Part shown: one piece after another, positions 46,603-55,860 of the stretch
Numbering within the stretch: the first letter of the stretch is position 1
Layout of the letters: each line of letters starts with the position of its first letter
Assembly: GCA_963787835.1 (NCBI GenBank)
Contig: CAWBEI010000002.1
Coordinates: 1,120,001-1,184,000, forward strand
Source of the DNA: Ignavibacteriota bacterium
Lineage (GTDB): Bacteria > Bacteroidota > Ignavibacteria > Palsa-1295
DNA: 64,000 nucleotides
Direction of reading: 5' to 3'
Notes under the pieces: generated by a model
The model's database searches: none
Told to the model about the DNA's origin: nothing
The model's input: the letters and a program-made list of their open reading frames with translations, nothing else
Made by a program: the position numbers and the translations under genes

Positions 46603-47568
46603 ATGCCAAACATAGCGATCATCGGTTGCGGACTTATCGGCGAAATTCATGCAAAATGCCTTGCGGAGCTGGGCGTGCGCCCGGCATTATTTGCAGATGT
46701 CGATATTTCACGCGCTGAAAACTTAGCCTCGATTTATTCGGGTAGGTTTATGAATGATCCGACCGAAGCGATTCGAGATTCTGACATCGACACTGTCTAT
46801 ATCTGCACGTATCACGATACGCATGCGCCATTTGCCATCGAAGCAGCGAAGCAAGGCAAGCATATTTTTCTCGAGAAGCCAATGGCACTGACAGAAAAGG
46901 ATTGCCAAGCAATCGTCGAAGCCATTCAAAAAACTGGCGTGCTTTGCATGACAGGATTCAAGCTGCATTATTATTCACTTGCAAAAAAAGCAAAAGAATT
47001 GATCGGTAAACCAATAGCGCTAACAGCGCATGTTATAGATGGCCGATGGCCGGACGATCATTGGGCCAACGATCCTATTCGAGGTGGCGGGAATGTTCTT
47101 TCACAGGGTTGCCATGCGGTTGAATTATTGACCTGTCTCGCTGGGGCGAAGCCCGTTCGAATTTTTTCGGAGGGTGGGAATCTTCATCATCCGCGATTGG
47201 GAATTGTCGATACGATGACCGCGACCATTGCGTATGAGAATGATGCTGTCGCCACTCTTCTAATAGGGGATGTTGGAGGAATGCCGCACGATGGGAAATT
47301 TACGTTTCAGACAATGAACGGTGTTCAATCCATCCACCTTTATGATCGTCTCACCCATTTAAGTTATTTCGATGGTGTCAGAGAGCAAGTGTTCGCTGGA
47401 GAAGAAGATGGTTTCCTTAACGAGAATCGGGAATTTCTAGCCGCGATTGAAGCGCACCGAAAGCCGGAGACGAATGAACTCGATGGACTGCGAGCGGAGA
47501 TGGTATTGCTGCGAGGGATCGAATCAATAAGAACACATTTGCCACAATCGCTAACGGATTTGCCATGA
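46603..47568 (+). CDS. Gfo/Idh/MocA family oxidoreductase
   Basis: IGCGLIG, GKHIFLEKP, GGG......CH; start ATG 46603. Confidence 0.92.
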   Translation: MPNIAIIGCGLIGEIHAKCLAELGVRPALFADVDISRAENLASIYSGRFMNDPTEAIRDSDIDTVYICTYHDTHAPFAIEAAKQGKHIFLEKPMALTEKDCQAIVEAIQKTGVLCMTGFKLHYYSLAKKAKELIGKPIALTAHVIDGRWPDDHWANDPIRGGGNVLSQGCHAVELLTCLAGAKPVRIFSEGGNLHHPRLGIVDTMTATIAYENDAVATLLIGDVGGMPHDGKFTFQTMNGVQSIHLYDRLTHLSYFDGVREQVFAGEEDGFLNENREFLAAIEAHRKPETNELDGLRAEMVLLRGIESIRTHLPQSLTDLP

Positions 47569-50267
47569 TGACCCCTCACCCAACCTCTCCCCCAAGGGGG
47601 AGAGTAGTAGAAATGGTCGGTCAATGGCGTGATTACCGGCGTGATGACACGCGGATGGGTGTGCAATCGCTTCCACGAAAAAGTGGAAAACTCGAACAGC
47701 GGTGGTCCATTCATTTAGGCGGAAGCTTTCAGGAGGTTGAGCCAGTGCCGGATGGCTCGGGCGATATTCTCATGGCCGATGCCGGCGGAATTCAGCGCGT
47801 AACAGTTGAGGGAGAATTCCGCTGGAGAACCATGCCATTCGGTGCACACTGGATCGCGGGTGTGTTCGATCTGGATGCGGATGGTCATTTTGAAATTTTG
47901 ACAAGCAATGGGCGGGAAGTAATTATTCTCTCAGCAGAAAAAGGTGAATTTCTCTTCCGTGATACCGTAGGGCCGCCATTCTCGTATGGAACGTATGCAC
48001 CGATGTTCCAGGTGCATTCTTTTTTCAGTAAGGGAATGCAGATTCTCGTACCATGTTTCTCTAATAAGGAAGTGTTGATGTACGATTGCTCCAATGGAGC
48101 AAAAAATACTTGCATTCTTCATCGGTTGTGGATGGATGATAGTTACCACCCCTCCATTGTGATTGGAGATGTCAATAATGATGGGATCGATGAGATCGTG
48201 ATCGCAAGATTGGGTGGAGTATATGTGTTCGAGGCAAATTCCGGCAAAATGATCTCGCAGACGATCTGGAGATCCGATGAAGAACGCAGACGTAACTACG
48301 GGCATTTCGAACTTGCAGACATCAATGGCGATGGAAACCTTGAAGCGATCATCCTGAGTGATAAAGTAACGCGGCATATCGCCGTGCTTGGCAATGATGG
48401 ACGCGGGAATTTTCAGCCATTATGGGACCGGCTTATCGAGCATATTTATCCCAATGATACAACCGAGCTTCGCTACACCACTAACTCCATCCGGGATTTC
48501 GATGGCGATGGGAAGCTCGAAATAGCCGTCAGTATTTTCAATGAGCAGAAGGATGATCGATGGCATACGGAAGTTCTGCGCGCCGAAACTGGGGAACGTA
48601 TTCTCGATCTGCCGGATCAATATTTGCGCGGAGTGCAAGACGTAAATGGGGATGGCAAGCCGGAGCTTTGTCTAAGCTACGAACCAGCGCGAGGACTGCA
48701 ACAGCACTCACGACTGTCAATTTATTCTCCAAAAGATCAATCAATAATTTGGGAATGCGAGAATGCACGTTTCGCCGAGCGAGCCGTGCATCCTAATGGG
48801 AAGTATTCCGAATTCAAGCCGGATGTGTTCGCTTCGCATGAAATTTGGAGCAATGAAAAAGGCGTCTACATTCAAACTGAGGAATTCGGGCTATGCATTC
48901 TGCAAAATAGTTTATCGCTACAATCACTTGGATATAAAGCCTCCCAAAGCTATCGTGTCGCATTGGCTGAACAAGATCGCGTTCTCATTTCGGAAGCAAA
49001 TGGCGATCTCGTTAAGATCACAAAGGATGGGCCGCAGCATTTTCATTCGTGCGGATACCATCTCACAACAGAAGCACATATTTCCGCAAGACCGGGCAGC
49101 ACGGCAACGGTAGCATCATGGAAGGGCGCGCGTTATCTCGCCGTACCGGATTTTTCAGGGAATGTTCAAGTATTAAAAAATGACGGTAATGGAGTTCCGA
49201 AATCTATCCCGAACATTCGCGGTCGCTCAAGGCTGGGATATGATGGAGTCTTTCACGCTGCGAGTATTATCGAAACGAATGATGGCCCGAGGCTTGTCAT
49301 AATAGATGATGAGGGCGTGTCGCATTCCCGGCTTTCACTTTATTGTCTCGAAGGCGAGCGTGTGCGTTCCTATGAGTTTCCTGACATGCCACCAAGTGTT
49401 CTTGGGAATCGTATTGGATGTTATGATTGGCTTTACTTCCAACATTCACGGGGCGAAGCATTATTCGCAAGCTTCTATCAATCGGCTTCGATGAACAGCG
49501 AATGCTCGCTGGCGTTCTTGCTTGAGACCGGAGAAATTTTGTGGCGTAAAGATCGCGTAGGCGTTGGTGATTATGGACGTGGCGTTGGTGCATGGGGAAC
49601 AAGCGGGCTTCGCAACAATATTGCGGTTTTTTGCGCGAAGGATACACTCTGTCATCTCGATCTGGAGACTGGAGAATTCGTTGGTGAACCAAAAGTGCTC
49701 ACGGAATATACCGCCGAAGCAATGAAATCCGTAAATAATTTGCCGGAACAAACACTTTCGACAAGTTCCTCGATCGAAGATCCGTTTACGGCGTATGGAA
49801 CTCCAATAATCAATGGCGATGATGAAATAATTGGTGGATGCTTTGGAGGGTTTGGTATTCTCGACAAATCGGGATTGCCGAAATGGTGGCACAGGGCCGT
49901 ATTTGGCGATGTGCTTTATCGCTTGCCAGGAATAGGTGATATTGATGGCGATGGGAAATTAGAGTTCGGGCAAGGACACGCCGATGGAACCTTCCGAATC
50001 TATGATTACGACACGGGCGAGCTTTGTGCTTCGCTCAATCTAAAAGCCATTTGTACCGATGTTCTGACATTGAATTCCCAATTTATTGTTGGTACAAACG
50101 ACGGAAGGCTTCTCTCTATCGGTTATGACGGCAAAGAGTTTGCTATTATAGACGAATTCGAAACTGGGTCAGCGATGGGTTCGCCCATCGCAGCGGATTT
50201 CGATGGCGATGGTGTCGCGGAGATATATGTTGTGACAGGTGACGGGAATTTACTGTGCTTTATGTAG
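47565..50267 (+). CDS. FG-GAP/VCBS-repeat beta-propeller protein, no clear signal peptide
   Basis: Multiple DxDGDG/DxNGDG..E motifs; start uncertain (47565 or 47613). Confidence 0.8.
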   Translation: MMTPHPTSPPRGRVVEMVGQWRDYRRDDTRMGVQSLPRKSGKLEQRWSIHLGGSFQEVEPVPDGSGDILMADAGGIQRVTVEGEFRWRTMPFGAHWIAGVFDLDADGHFEILTSNGREVIILSAEKGEFLFRDTVGPPFSYGTYAPMFQVHSFFSKGMQILVPCFSNKEVLMYDCSNGAKNTCILHRLWMDDSYHPSIVIGDVNNDGIDEIVIARLGGVYVFEANSGKMISQTIWRSDEERRRNYGHFELADINGDGNLEAIILSDKVTRHIAVLGNDGRGNFQPLWDRLIEHIYPNDTTELRYTTNSIRDFDGDGKLEIAVSIFNEQKDDRWHTEVLRAETGERILDLPDQYLRGVQDVNGDGKPELCLSYEPARGLQQHSRLSIYSPKDQSIIWECENARFAERAVHPNGKYSEFKPDVFASHEIWSNEKGVYIQTEEFGLCILQNSLSLQSLGYKASQSYRVALAEQDRVLISEANGDLVKITKDGPQHFHSCGYHLTTEAHISARPGSTATVASWKGARYLAVPDFSGNVQVLKNDGNGVPKSIPNIRGRSRLGYDGVFHAASIIETNDGPRLVIIDDEGVSHSRLSLYCLEGERVRSYEFPDMPPSVLGNRIGCYDWLYFQHSRGEALFASFYQSASMNSECSLAFLLETGEILWRKDRVGVGDYGRGVGAWGTSGLRNNIAVFCAKDTLCHLDLETGEFVGEPKVLTEYTAEAMKSVNNLPEQTLSTSSSIEDPFTAYGTPIINGDDEIIGGCFGGFGILDKSGLPKWWHRAVFGDVLYRLPGIGDIDGDGKLEFGQGHADGTFRIYDYDTGELCASLNLKAICTDVLTLNSQFIVGTNDGRLLSIGYDGKEFAIIDEFETGSAMGSPIAADFDGDGVAEIYVVTGDGNLLCFM
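47571..47604. repeat. Solo C-rich/G-rich palindrome (same family as the UvrD insert)
   Basis: acccctcacccaacctctcccccaagggggagag. Confidence 0.7.
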
Positions 50268-50322
50268 CGCAAACTTCAGTTTGCGACCCCGCAGGCAAGT
50301 CGCAAACTAAAGTTTGCGCTAC
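50264..50322. repeat. GTAG-type REP doublet between convergent genes
   Basis: GTAGCGCAAACTTCAGTTTGCGAC...GTCGCAAACTAAAGTTTGCGCTAC. Confidence 0.9.
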
Positions 50323-50325
50323 ATT

Positions 50326-51696
50326 TCACTTTGCCAAACGAATTCCGGTGAATTGCCAGCGTGATTCGGGTGGGAAGAAATTCCGGTACGTTGCGCGGAT
50401 GTGATCCTGTGGAGTTACGCAGGATCCGCCACGAAGTACCATTTGGTTGGACATAAACTTCCCATTGTATTCTCCAAGCGCGCCTTCGGCAACTTTATAT
50501 CCGGGGTAAGGCAGGTATGCGCTGCGGGTCCACTCCCAGGCATCGCCGAACATTTGTGTAGGATGTGTGGCGCAAACTTCAGTTTGCGACTTGGCGGGGT
50601 CGCAAACTGAAGTTTGCGCTACAACAGGATGATAATTTTCATCATCCAGAAAATTGCCTTCGATGGGAAGGTCTTTTGCGGCGAATTCCCATTCGAATTC
50701 GGTAGGTAGTCTTGCACCGCTCCAGGTTGCGAATGCATCGGCTTCGAAGTGGCTGATGTGGGTAACGGGTTCTGAATCTTCGACTTTGCGGAAGCCTTGC
50801 AGGGTCATTGCCCACCATTCGTTTTCGTACAGTTCCCAATATTTTGGGGCTTGCCAGTCATCGGATAGGCAATGTGCCCACCCATCGGAGAGCCAAAGTT
50901 TGGGATTGCTATACCCGCCATCGGCAATGAAATCTTTATACTCGCCATTCGTGATGAGTCGATTCGCCAGTTCAAAGGATTCAATATATTGCCGATGGCG
51001 TGGGCCTTCGTTATCGAAAGAAAAGTCATTGACCACACCCTGGCCCCCTCCTTCTTTAGGAGGGGGGAAAGCTCCGATCTCGATGAGGCCTTCATCGAAT
51101 GAGATCCAATGCAATGGGTGAACTTCTGAGGGAATGATCTCCCGCTGGCGATAGATAGGCCGAAGAGGATTCATCGCAAGAACCGTCTTGACATCCGTGA
51201 GCATCAGCTCCTGATGTTGCTGCTCGTGATTGATTCCCATGATGAGAAGAGGAGCTATTGCATGCAGCACATCACTCGCGCCCTCCGTAATAAGCCGCTC
51301 GATGGAGCGTTCGACATGCAAGCGATAGTTCCTGACTTCCGCAAGCGTCGGGCGCGACATCAGGCCGCGCATATCGCGCGGCGTGCGCGCACCGATGGTG
51401 TTGTAGTAGGAATTAAACAGATACCCGAACTTCGGATGGAACACACGATAGCCGCGCGCGTGCGGCGTAAGAATAAACGTCTCGAAGAACCAGGCGGTGT
51501 GGCCAAGCTGCCATTTGACGGGCGAGCACTCGGTGGAGGTTTGCACCACGCAATCCTCGATGGTAAGCGGTTCGCAGATGCGATCGGTGGTTTCGAGCAT
51601 GCGGAAGTAGCGGCGCAGAAGTTCCTCGCGCTCGATCTCCAGCGCATCGAACGCGGCGCTCGGCTTTCTCCGGTGGGTGAGGGTTTCGGTTTCCAT
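50326..51696 (-). CDS. egtB: Ergothioneine biosynthesis sulfoxide synthase EgtB (DinB + FGE-sulfatase domains)
   Basis: SP.KW.LGHT.WFFE.F, FNSYY, HEQQHQEL, RLPTE.EWE, EYNGKFM, YRNFF....RWQF.G.RL. Confidence 0.9.
   Translation of the reverse strand: METETLTHRRKPSAAFDALEIEREELLRRYFRMLETTDRICEPLTIEDCVVQTSTECSPVKWQLGHTAWFFETFILTPHARGYRVFHPKFGYLFNSYYNTIGARTPRDMRGLMSRPTLAEVRNYRLHVERSIERLITEGASDVLHAIAPLLIMGINHEQQHQELMLTDVKTVLAMNPLRPIYRQREIIPSEVHPLHWISFDEGLIEIGAFPPPKEGGGQGVVNDFSFDNEGPRHRQYIESFELANRLITNGEYKDFIADGGYSNPKLWLSDGWAHCLSDDWQAPKYWELYENEWWAMTLQGFRKVEDSEPVTHISHFEADAFATWSGARLPTEFEWEFAAKDLPIEGNFLDDENYHPVVAQTSVCDPAKSQTEVCATHPTQMFGDAWEWTRSAYLPYPGYKVAEGALGEYNGKFMSNQMVLRGGSCVTPQDHIRATYRNFFPPESRWQFTGIRLAK
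50567..50622. repeat. GTAG-type REP doublet inside egtB, frame preserved
   Basis: Near-identical to 50264-50322; encodes VAQTSVCDPAKSQTEVCAT. Confidence 0.9.
51032..51068. repeat. Solo C-rich/G-rich palindrome inside egtB, frame preserved
   Basis: accacaccctggccccctccttctttaggagggggga; encodes FPPPKEGGGQGVV. Confidence 0.8.
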
Positions 51697-51773
51697 AGTA
51701 TCGTGCGGCAAATGGATTGATTTTGTTTAAAACCAAAAGGGAGGGAGATTTATGCCCGTGGGATTTCTCAACT

Positions 51774-54218
51774 TTATGCCGACACTTTCGTGGCTGTTTT
51801 TTCTTTTATCGAGAAATCAGCGTAGGTTTTTTGTGTAGCTTCACAGAGGCTTTCGAGCGTATCAGCTTTGAGCCCGATTGATGAGTCAAAGGATGTCAAA
51901 AGGTGCTCGGTTGCCAGTTCTTTACGAGTAAGAATCATTACCGGAATTACCTGGCTTGTCTTCCGAGCCTTCATTATTTTTCGTATCATTGTTCCGATAA
52001 GCCGTTTTTCTGAATCGTCGAGACTGGTTTTGAGTGTTGCGAAAAAGCAAGCCGCTTCAGGAAATTCCGACATTATAAATGCAATTTTATCAACATCCTC
52101 ATTCGTAAAATTATTAGTCGTCTTGCACTCTCCAAAAATAAGTCTTGTTTCTTCTCTCAAGTAGTTGTAGCGCATGAAGAGACCGAGATCAGCTTCTATT
52201 TCTTTCAGGGCATTCTCCTTCTTTGCTACAAAGCTCAACAAGGGAGTAGTAGACGCACCTGAATGAAGGAAGTGAGAGAAAAAGCGAAGCGTTAGCAGAA
52301 CTGTGTAGCTTCCGTGAGCCGCACCAGGCGACCGGAACGGTCCAAGCAACCTATACGACCATGGCAATGAGCCCGGCCGTTCATCCATGAGATTCAGCAA
52401 ACCCCCACAAACGGGACAAGGAACTTCCGACCCGATCTCGGTTCGCGGAAGCCACGTAGATTTTGAACAAGTTGTGCATTTGGGGGTTACACCTAGTTCA
52501 AGTATTCTTCTGTGAATCAGCTGTTTAAGAACATCGTCGGGTTCGTGAATTATTGAGTAGCCCGGAGCAATTTTGTTAAGTTGCTCGATCAACCCGGCAC
52601 GAGGAATGACACTAACTTCATATCCAAATTGGCGTTCCATTTGTGTTAACCTGGAATCAAGTTCCTTTATTTTTGAGGCCACGTTTCTGTTTTTTCGCAG
52701 CGCGATCCTTAACTCACTCCTAGGGCCTGCAAGGACACGCGTGGGTTTAACAGAATTGATGAGCATCGCAATGAGGTCATAATTTGCTAAAAGATTCAAG
52801 CCATAAATCCCGCCGAGTTGTGACAACATTGCTTCTGTTGTCTTGCCAGCATCAGAAAGTGCAATTTGCCATCCCTGTTCCTCAAGCCACTCTGTAAAAA
52901 TAGTTTTTGCATGCGGAATCATCATTCGAGCTGATTCTCCTCGCTGTCCAAGGAGCGTCAGTCCACGTTTACTAAATCGCCATTTAAATAGATCATAGCG
53001 GTCAATTGCCCTTACCATCTTCAATCCACCCTCTGGCATTACCTCAGCAAGCAACTCATCAGACCCTTCAATTCTCATTGAAATATCATTTGCAAACTGC
53101 TGTCTTGCCCATCCAAACAACTTAAACTCTGGTTGAAGTGGTGAGAACACGAAGGATTGTAAAGAAGAATGAACCCTTCGAGTTACTTCTCCACAACTCA
53201 ATGGTTTCACTTCAACGTGATCATATGGTCTAGCCCAATCGTCCCAAATTCTTGGCAGATGAGTGTGAACGACTTTAGCAGTTTCTCTGTCGTCAAACTT
53301 TTCATAGAACTCTTTGAATACTTCGAATTGAACGCTTCGCGCTTTCATTATATTGACTTCTTTTCGTCGAACCATATTGAAGAAGCTACCTACGAAGCTC
53401 GATTTTATCAACTCCTTACAGAAATCAACGACATTTGGATGCCTTGTCGATTGAATTGGGATTGGTGTAATGAACCAGCCAGCTGCTCTGAGATTCCAGT
53501 AATCAATAACATCACCGGCGTTCGATGCGTCTAACAAGAAAATTGCTCTTGTTTTATCATTCACATCAAGCAAAGGAGTAAATAGAGATGATATTCGTCG
53601 TGGAAAATATAGATCACTCGGTGCAAGTAGATCTACGTAATTCGAGAGATTGCAATCCAGTTTTTCGATTCTTAGGTCTTCTCCATAGCGAGACAACAAA
53701 GTTGATTCGATGTGAGGGGGCAAAGTTCCGAATACTGCAGAAAAAAATAAGCCGAAATTCTTCGGTATCTTAGGTATGCAAACACGTATCGGTTCACTTC
53801 TTATAAACTTAAACTCTGTATCCCGCCAATGATCAAGGATCTCAAAAAGGCCAGCACCATATTCAGGCGCACCGTAGCTCTTTACATGTTGCAATATTCC
53901 TGAATTTCTAATTACTCTCCTATTCGCGATAGTATTTACTCCTACGCTATCGAAATTAACCAAATAATCAGGGTCAAATGCATTAATAATACCATTAAAA
54001 AACTTTTTTGAAGTAGGTTTTAAAACTGGATGGCTCGAATAATTATCAGGTACTCGTTTGTAATTTGGGATTATGGGACATGCTGCACCACCCCAAAGAA
54101 ATGTTGCGGTTTCTATAGCCTCCTTCACCTGTTTATTTTTTTTGGGATCAACTATGAACCCAAACTTAAGAGGTCTTAGGGTTAAATCTATTGACGCGGT
54201 TACCAAATTTTCTTGCAT
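51774..54218 (-). CDS. Large hypothetical protein with Zn-ribbon and C-terminal PD-(D/E)xK-like motif
   Basis: Probable start ATG 54218 (814 aa); CTTC...CPVC; EIEAD...IFGECK; visibly AT-rich. Confidence 0.75.
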   Translation of the reverse strand: MQENLVTASIDLTLRPLKFGFIVDPKKNKQVKEAIETATFLWGGAACPIIPNYKRVPDNYSSHPVLKPTSKKFFNGIINAFDPDYLVNFDSVGVNTIANRRVIRNSGILQHVKSYGAPEYGAGLFEILDHWRDTEFKFIRSEPIRVCIPKIPKNFGLFFSAVFGTLPPHIESTLLSRYGEDLRIEKLDCNLSNYVDLLAPSDLYFPRRISSLFTPLLDVNDKTRAIFLLDASNAGDVIDYWNLRAAGWFITPIPIQSTRHPNVVDFCKELIKSSFVGSFFNMVRRKEVNIMKARSVQFEVFKEFYEKFDDRETAKVVHTHLPRIWDDWARPYDHVEVKPLSCGEVTRRVHSSLQSFVFSPLQPEFKLFGWARQQFANDISMRIEGSDELLAEVMPEGGLKMVRAIDRYDLFKWRFSKRGLTLLGQRGESARMMIPHAKTIFTEWLEEQGWQIALSDAGKTTEAMLSQLGGIYGLNLLANYDLIAMLINSVKPTRVLAGPRSELRIALRKNRNVASKIKELDSRLTQMERQFGYEVSVIPRAGLIEQLNKIAPGYSIIHEPDDVLKQLIHRRILELGVTPKCTTCSKSTWLPRTEIGSEVPCPVCGGLLNLMDERPGSLPWSYRLLGPFRSPGAAHGSYTVLLTLRFFSHFLHSGASTTPLLSFVAKKENALKEIEADLGLFMRYNYLREETRLIFGECKTTNNFTNEDVDKIAFIMSEFPEAACFFATLKTSLDDSEKRLIGTMIRKIMKARKTSQVIPVMILTRKELATEHLLTSFDSSIGLKADTLESLCEATQKTYADFSIKEKTATKVSA

Positions 54219-54265
54219 ACAAATCTGAAACACAATCCTGAAATGAATCATTAGCTCATCCCATG

Positions 54266-54419
54266 CCCACCAGGGGTTCCGCTTCGCTCCACACTTGGCT
54301 GTTGACATGTCACCCCCTTCGGGTTTTAGCATTCGAAGAACCACTAACCCCAGACTCACGTCCGGGGCTACAAATATGTCGTCCCTCCGGGACTGGTCGG
54401 GCTGGAAGCGCCGACCTAC
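54266..54419. repeat. Cluster of REP-like hairpins (two degenerate direct units plus a GTAG-ended hairpin)
   Basis: ...ggctgttgacatgtcacccccttcgggtt / ...ggggctacaaatatgtcgtccctccgggact / ggtcgggctggaagcgccgacctac. Confidence 0.6.
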
Positions 54420-54797
54420 GCGAAAAATAATTTCGGATTTCCCTTGCATTTGGGTTTTGGATGTGGTATATTAGGAAGTACATTAATAGGCACCAATTTC
54501 TATAAGAATAGCATTAACAATGGTTTTCATTATGAACGAGTTCTTTGGGAAAGCGGATTTTGGATATTTGTTGGAACAAATGGGCGAAATTGGCCTGGAA
54601 ACGAAGGTGGGTCGGGAACTCACAAGAAAGAAAAATGGCACCTATTTCTTGGAGAACAGCATTCTCGCATTAACTTATCCACAATTTGCATCAAAACGGA
54701 ACTAAGGAAAGAGCAAGATGCTTATTGAGCCGCCCAAAAGACCAGGATGGTCGGCCAGGTTGGTCGAAGGATGGTCGGGGCTAATCCAAAATTTATC

Positions 54798-55253
54798 GTG
54801 GCAACCAAAGATACCAGCGTTTTTCGTACGAGAGCGACCAAGCAGGAAGAGGTCGTTCGTAAGTGGCATTTAGTAGATGCGGACGGCCAGACGGTCGGCC
54901 GTTTAGCGACTCGTGTGGCGACGTTGCTTCGCGGCAAGCATAAGGCGACGTTTTCGCATCATGTCGATACCGGCGATTTCGTCGTCGTTATCAATGCGTC
55001 GAAGGTGAAAATGACGGGCAAGCGTATGTCACAAAAAGAGTATTACCATAATACGCTGTATCCCGGCGGCGCACGTCACGAGAAATTCAGCGAGCTGATG
55101 GCGAAGCATCCGGACCGCATCATTACCGAAGCGGTAAAAGGTATGCTTCCGAAAAATTCGCTTGGCAAGAAGACGTTCAAGAAACTGAAAGTCTATGCCG
55201 GTGCAGAGCATGAACACGCGGCGCAGAATCCACAGCCTTTTTCTTTAGGGTAA
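54798..55253 (+). CDS. rplM: 50S ribosomal protein L13
   Basis: WHLVDA....[28 protein letters not shown]; GTG start assumed. Confidence 0.97.
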   Translation: MATKDTSVFRTRATKQEEVVRKWHLVDADGQTVGRLATRVATLLRGKHKATFSHHVDTGDFVVVINASKVKMTGKRMSQKEYYHNTLYPGGARHEKFSELMAKHPDRIITEAVKGMLPKNSLGKKTFKKLKVYAGAEHEHAAQNPQPFSLG

Positions 55254-55320
55254 AGGGTAAAGGGTAACGGGTAAAGCAAAGAAAAAAAATTAGCACTTAG
55301 CACTTTAGCACTCAGCACTT
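55244..55320. repeat. Two heptamer tandem repeats (TAAAGGG)n and (TTAGCAC)n
   Basis: tttagggtaaagggtaaagggtaacgggtaaag and ttagcacttagcactttagcactcagcact. Confidence 0.8.
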
Positions 55321-55326
55321 CCAACA

Positions 55327-55725
55327 TTGGCAAAGCAAGCAACTATCTACGTCGGACGCCGCAAGAATGCGGTAGCTCGTGTTTTTCTCACTCCGAGCGC
55401 GGGTGAATCGGTCATCACCATTAATGATCGCACCTTCGAGAACTTTTTCCCCAATTCGCTTCACCGCGATGATGTGATCCGTCCATTCAAAGCGACGAAT
55501 ACGCTCGGCAGTTTTAATGTGCAGGCGAATGTTGTTGGTGGCGGCACAACGGGTCAGTCCGGCGCGGTGCGCTTAGGGATCGCTCGTGCGCTTGCAGAGA
55601 TGAACGAGGAGAACCGTCCGCTCTTGCGCAAGGCCGATCTTATGACGCGCGATCCACGCATGGTCGAGCGCAAGAAACCGGGACGCCCGGGCGCACGGAA
55701 GAAGTTCCAGTTCTCGAAACGATAA
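55327..55725 (+). CDS. rpsI: 30S ribosomal protein S9
   Basis: GRRKNAVARV, GGG..GQ.GA.RLGIARAL, ERKKPG...ARK.FQFSKR. Confidence 0.98.
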   Translation: MAKQATIYVGRRKNAVARVFLTPSAGESVITINDRTFENFFPNSLHRDDVIRPFKATNTLGSFNVQANVVGGGTTGQSGAVRLGIARALAEMNEENRPLLRKADLMTRDPRMVERKKPGRPGARKKFQFSKR

Positions 55726-55758
55726 AATTTTCACCCTCCCAGCAATGGGAGGGATTAT

Positions 55759-55832
55759 CACAAATACGGATACAGCCGAACTGCATGGTGTCCAGCAATG
55801 GATAGCAATTAGGCTCCGTAGAGACATTAACC
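55759..55832 (+). promoter_or_regulatory. Probable rpsB (S2) autoregulatory leader RNA
   Basis: Outer stem TACGGA/AGCC pairing with GGCTCCGTA, internal GGTGTCC..GGA hairpin, 3' GAGACATTAACC, resembling S2 leaders; upstream of rpsB. Confidence 0.55.
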
Positions 55833-55860
55833 AAATAACGCACCATTGGTGCGATTGAAA

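Noticed and set aside
51300-51700. GC-richer 5' part of egtB as a recombination mosaic
   Set aside because: Only an impression by eye; needs computed GC/codon profiles and ortholog comparison
54219-54449. N-terminal 77 aa of the 891-aa ORF
   Set aside because: Translates REP-like hairpins; composition shifts at about 54218, the likelier start
54520-54728. Small plus-strand ORFs upstream of rplM
   Set aside because: Short, AT-rich, no motif; probably promoter region, cannot be supported
54742-54780. Three short AGG(A/T)TGGTCG direct repeats before rplM
   Set aside because: Too short to assign; might belong to an L13 leader but no structure could be supported
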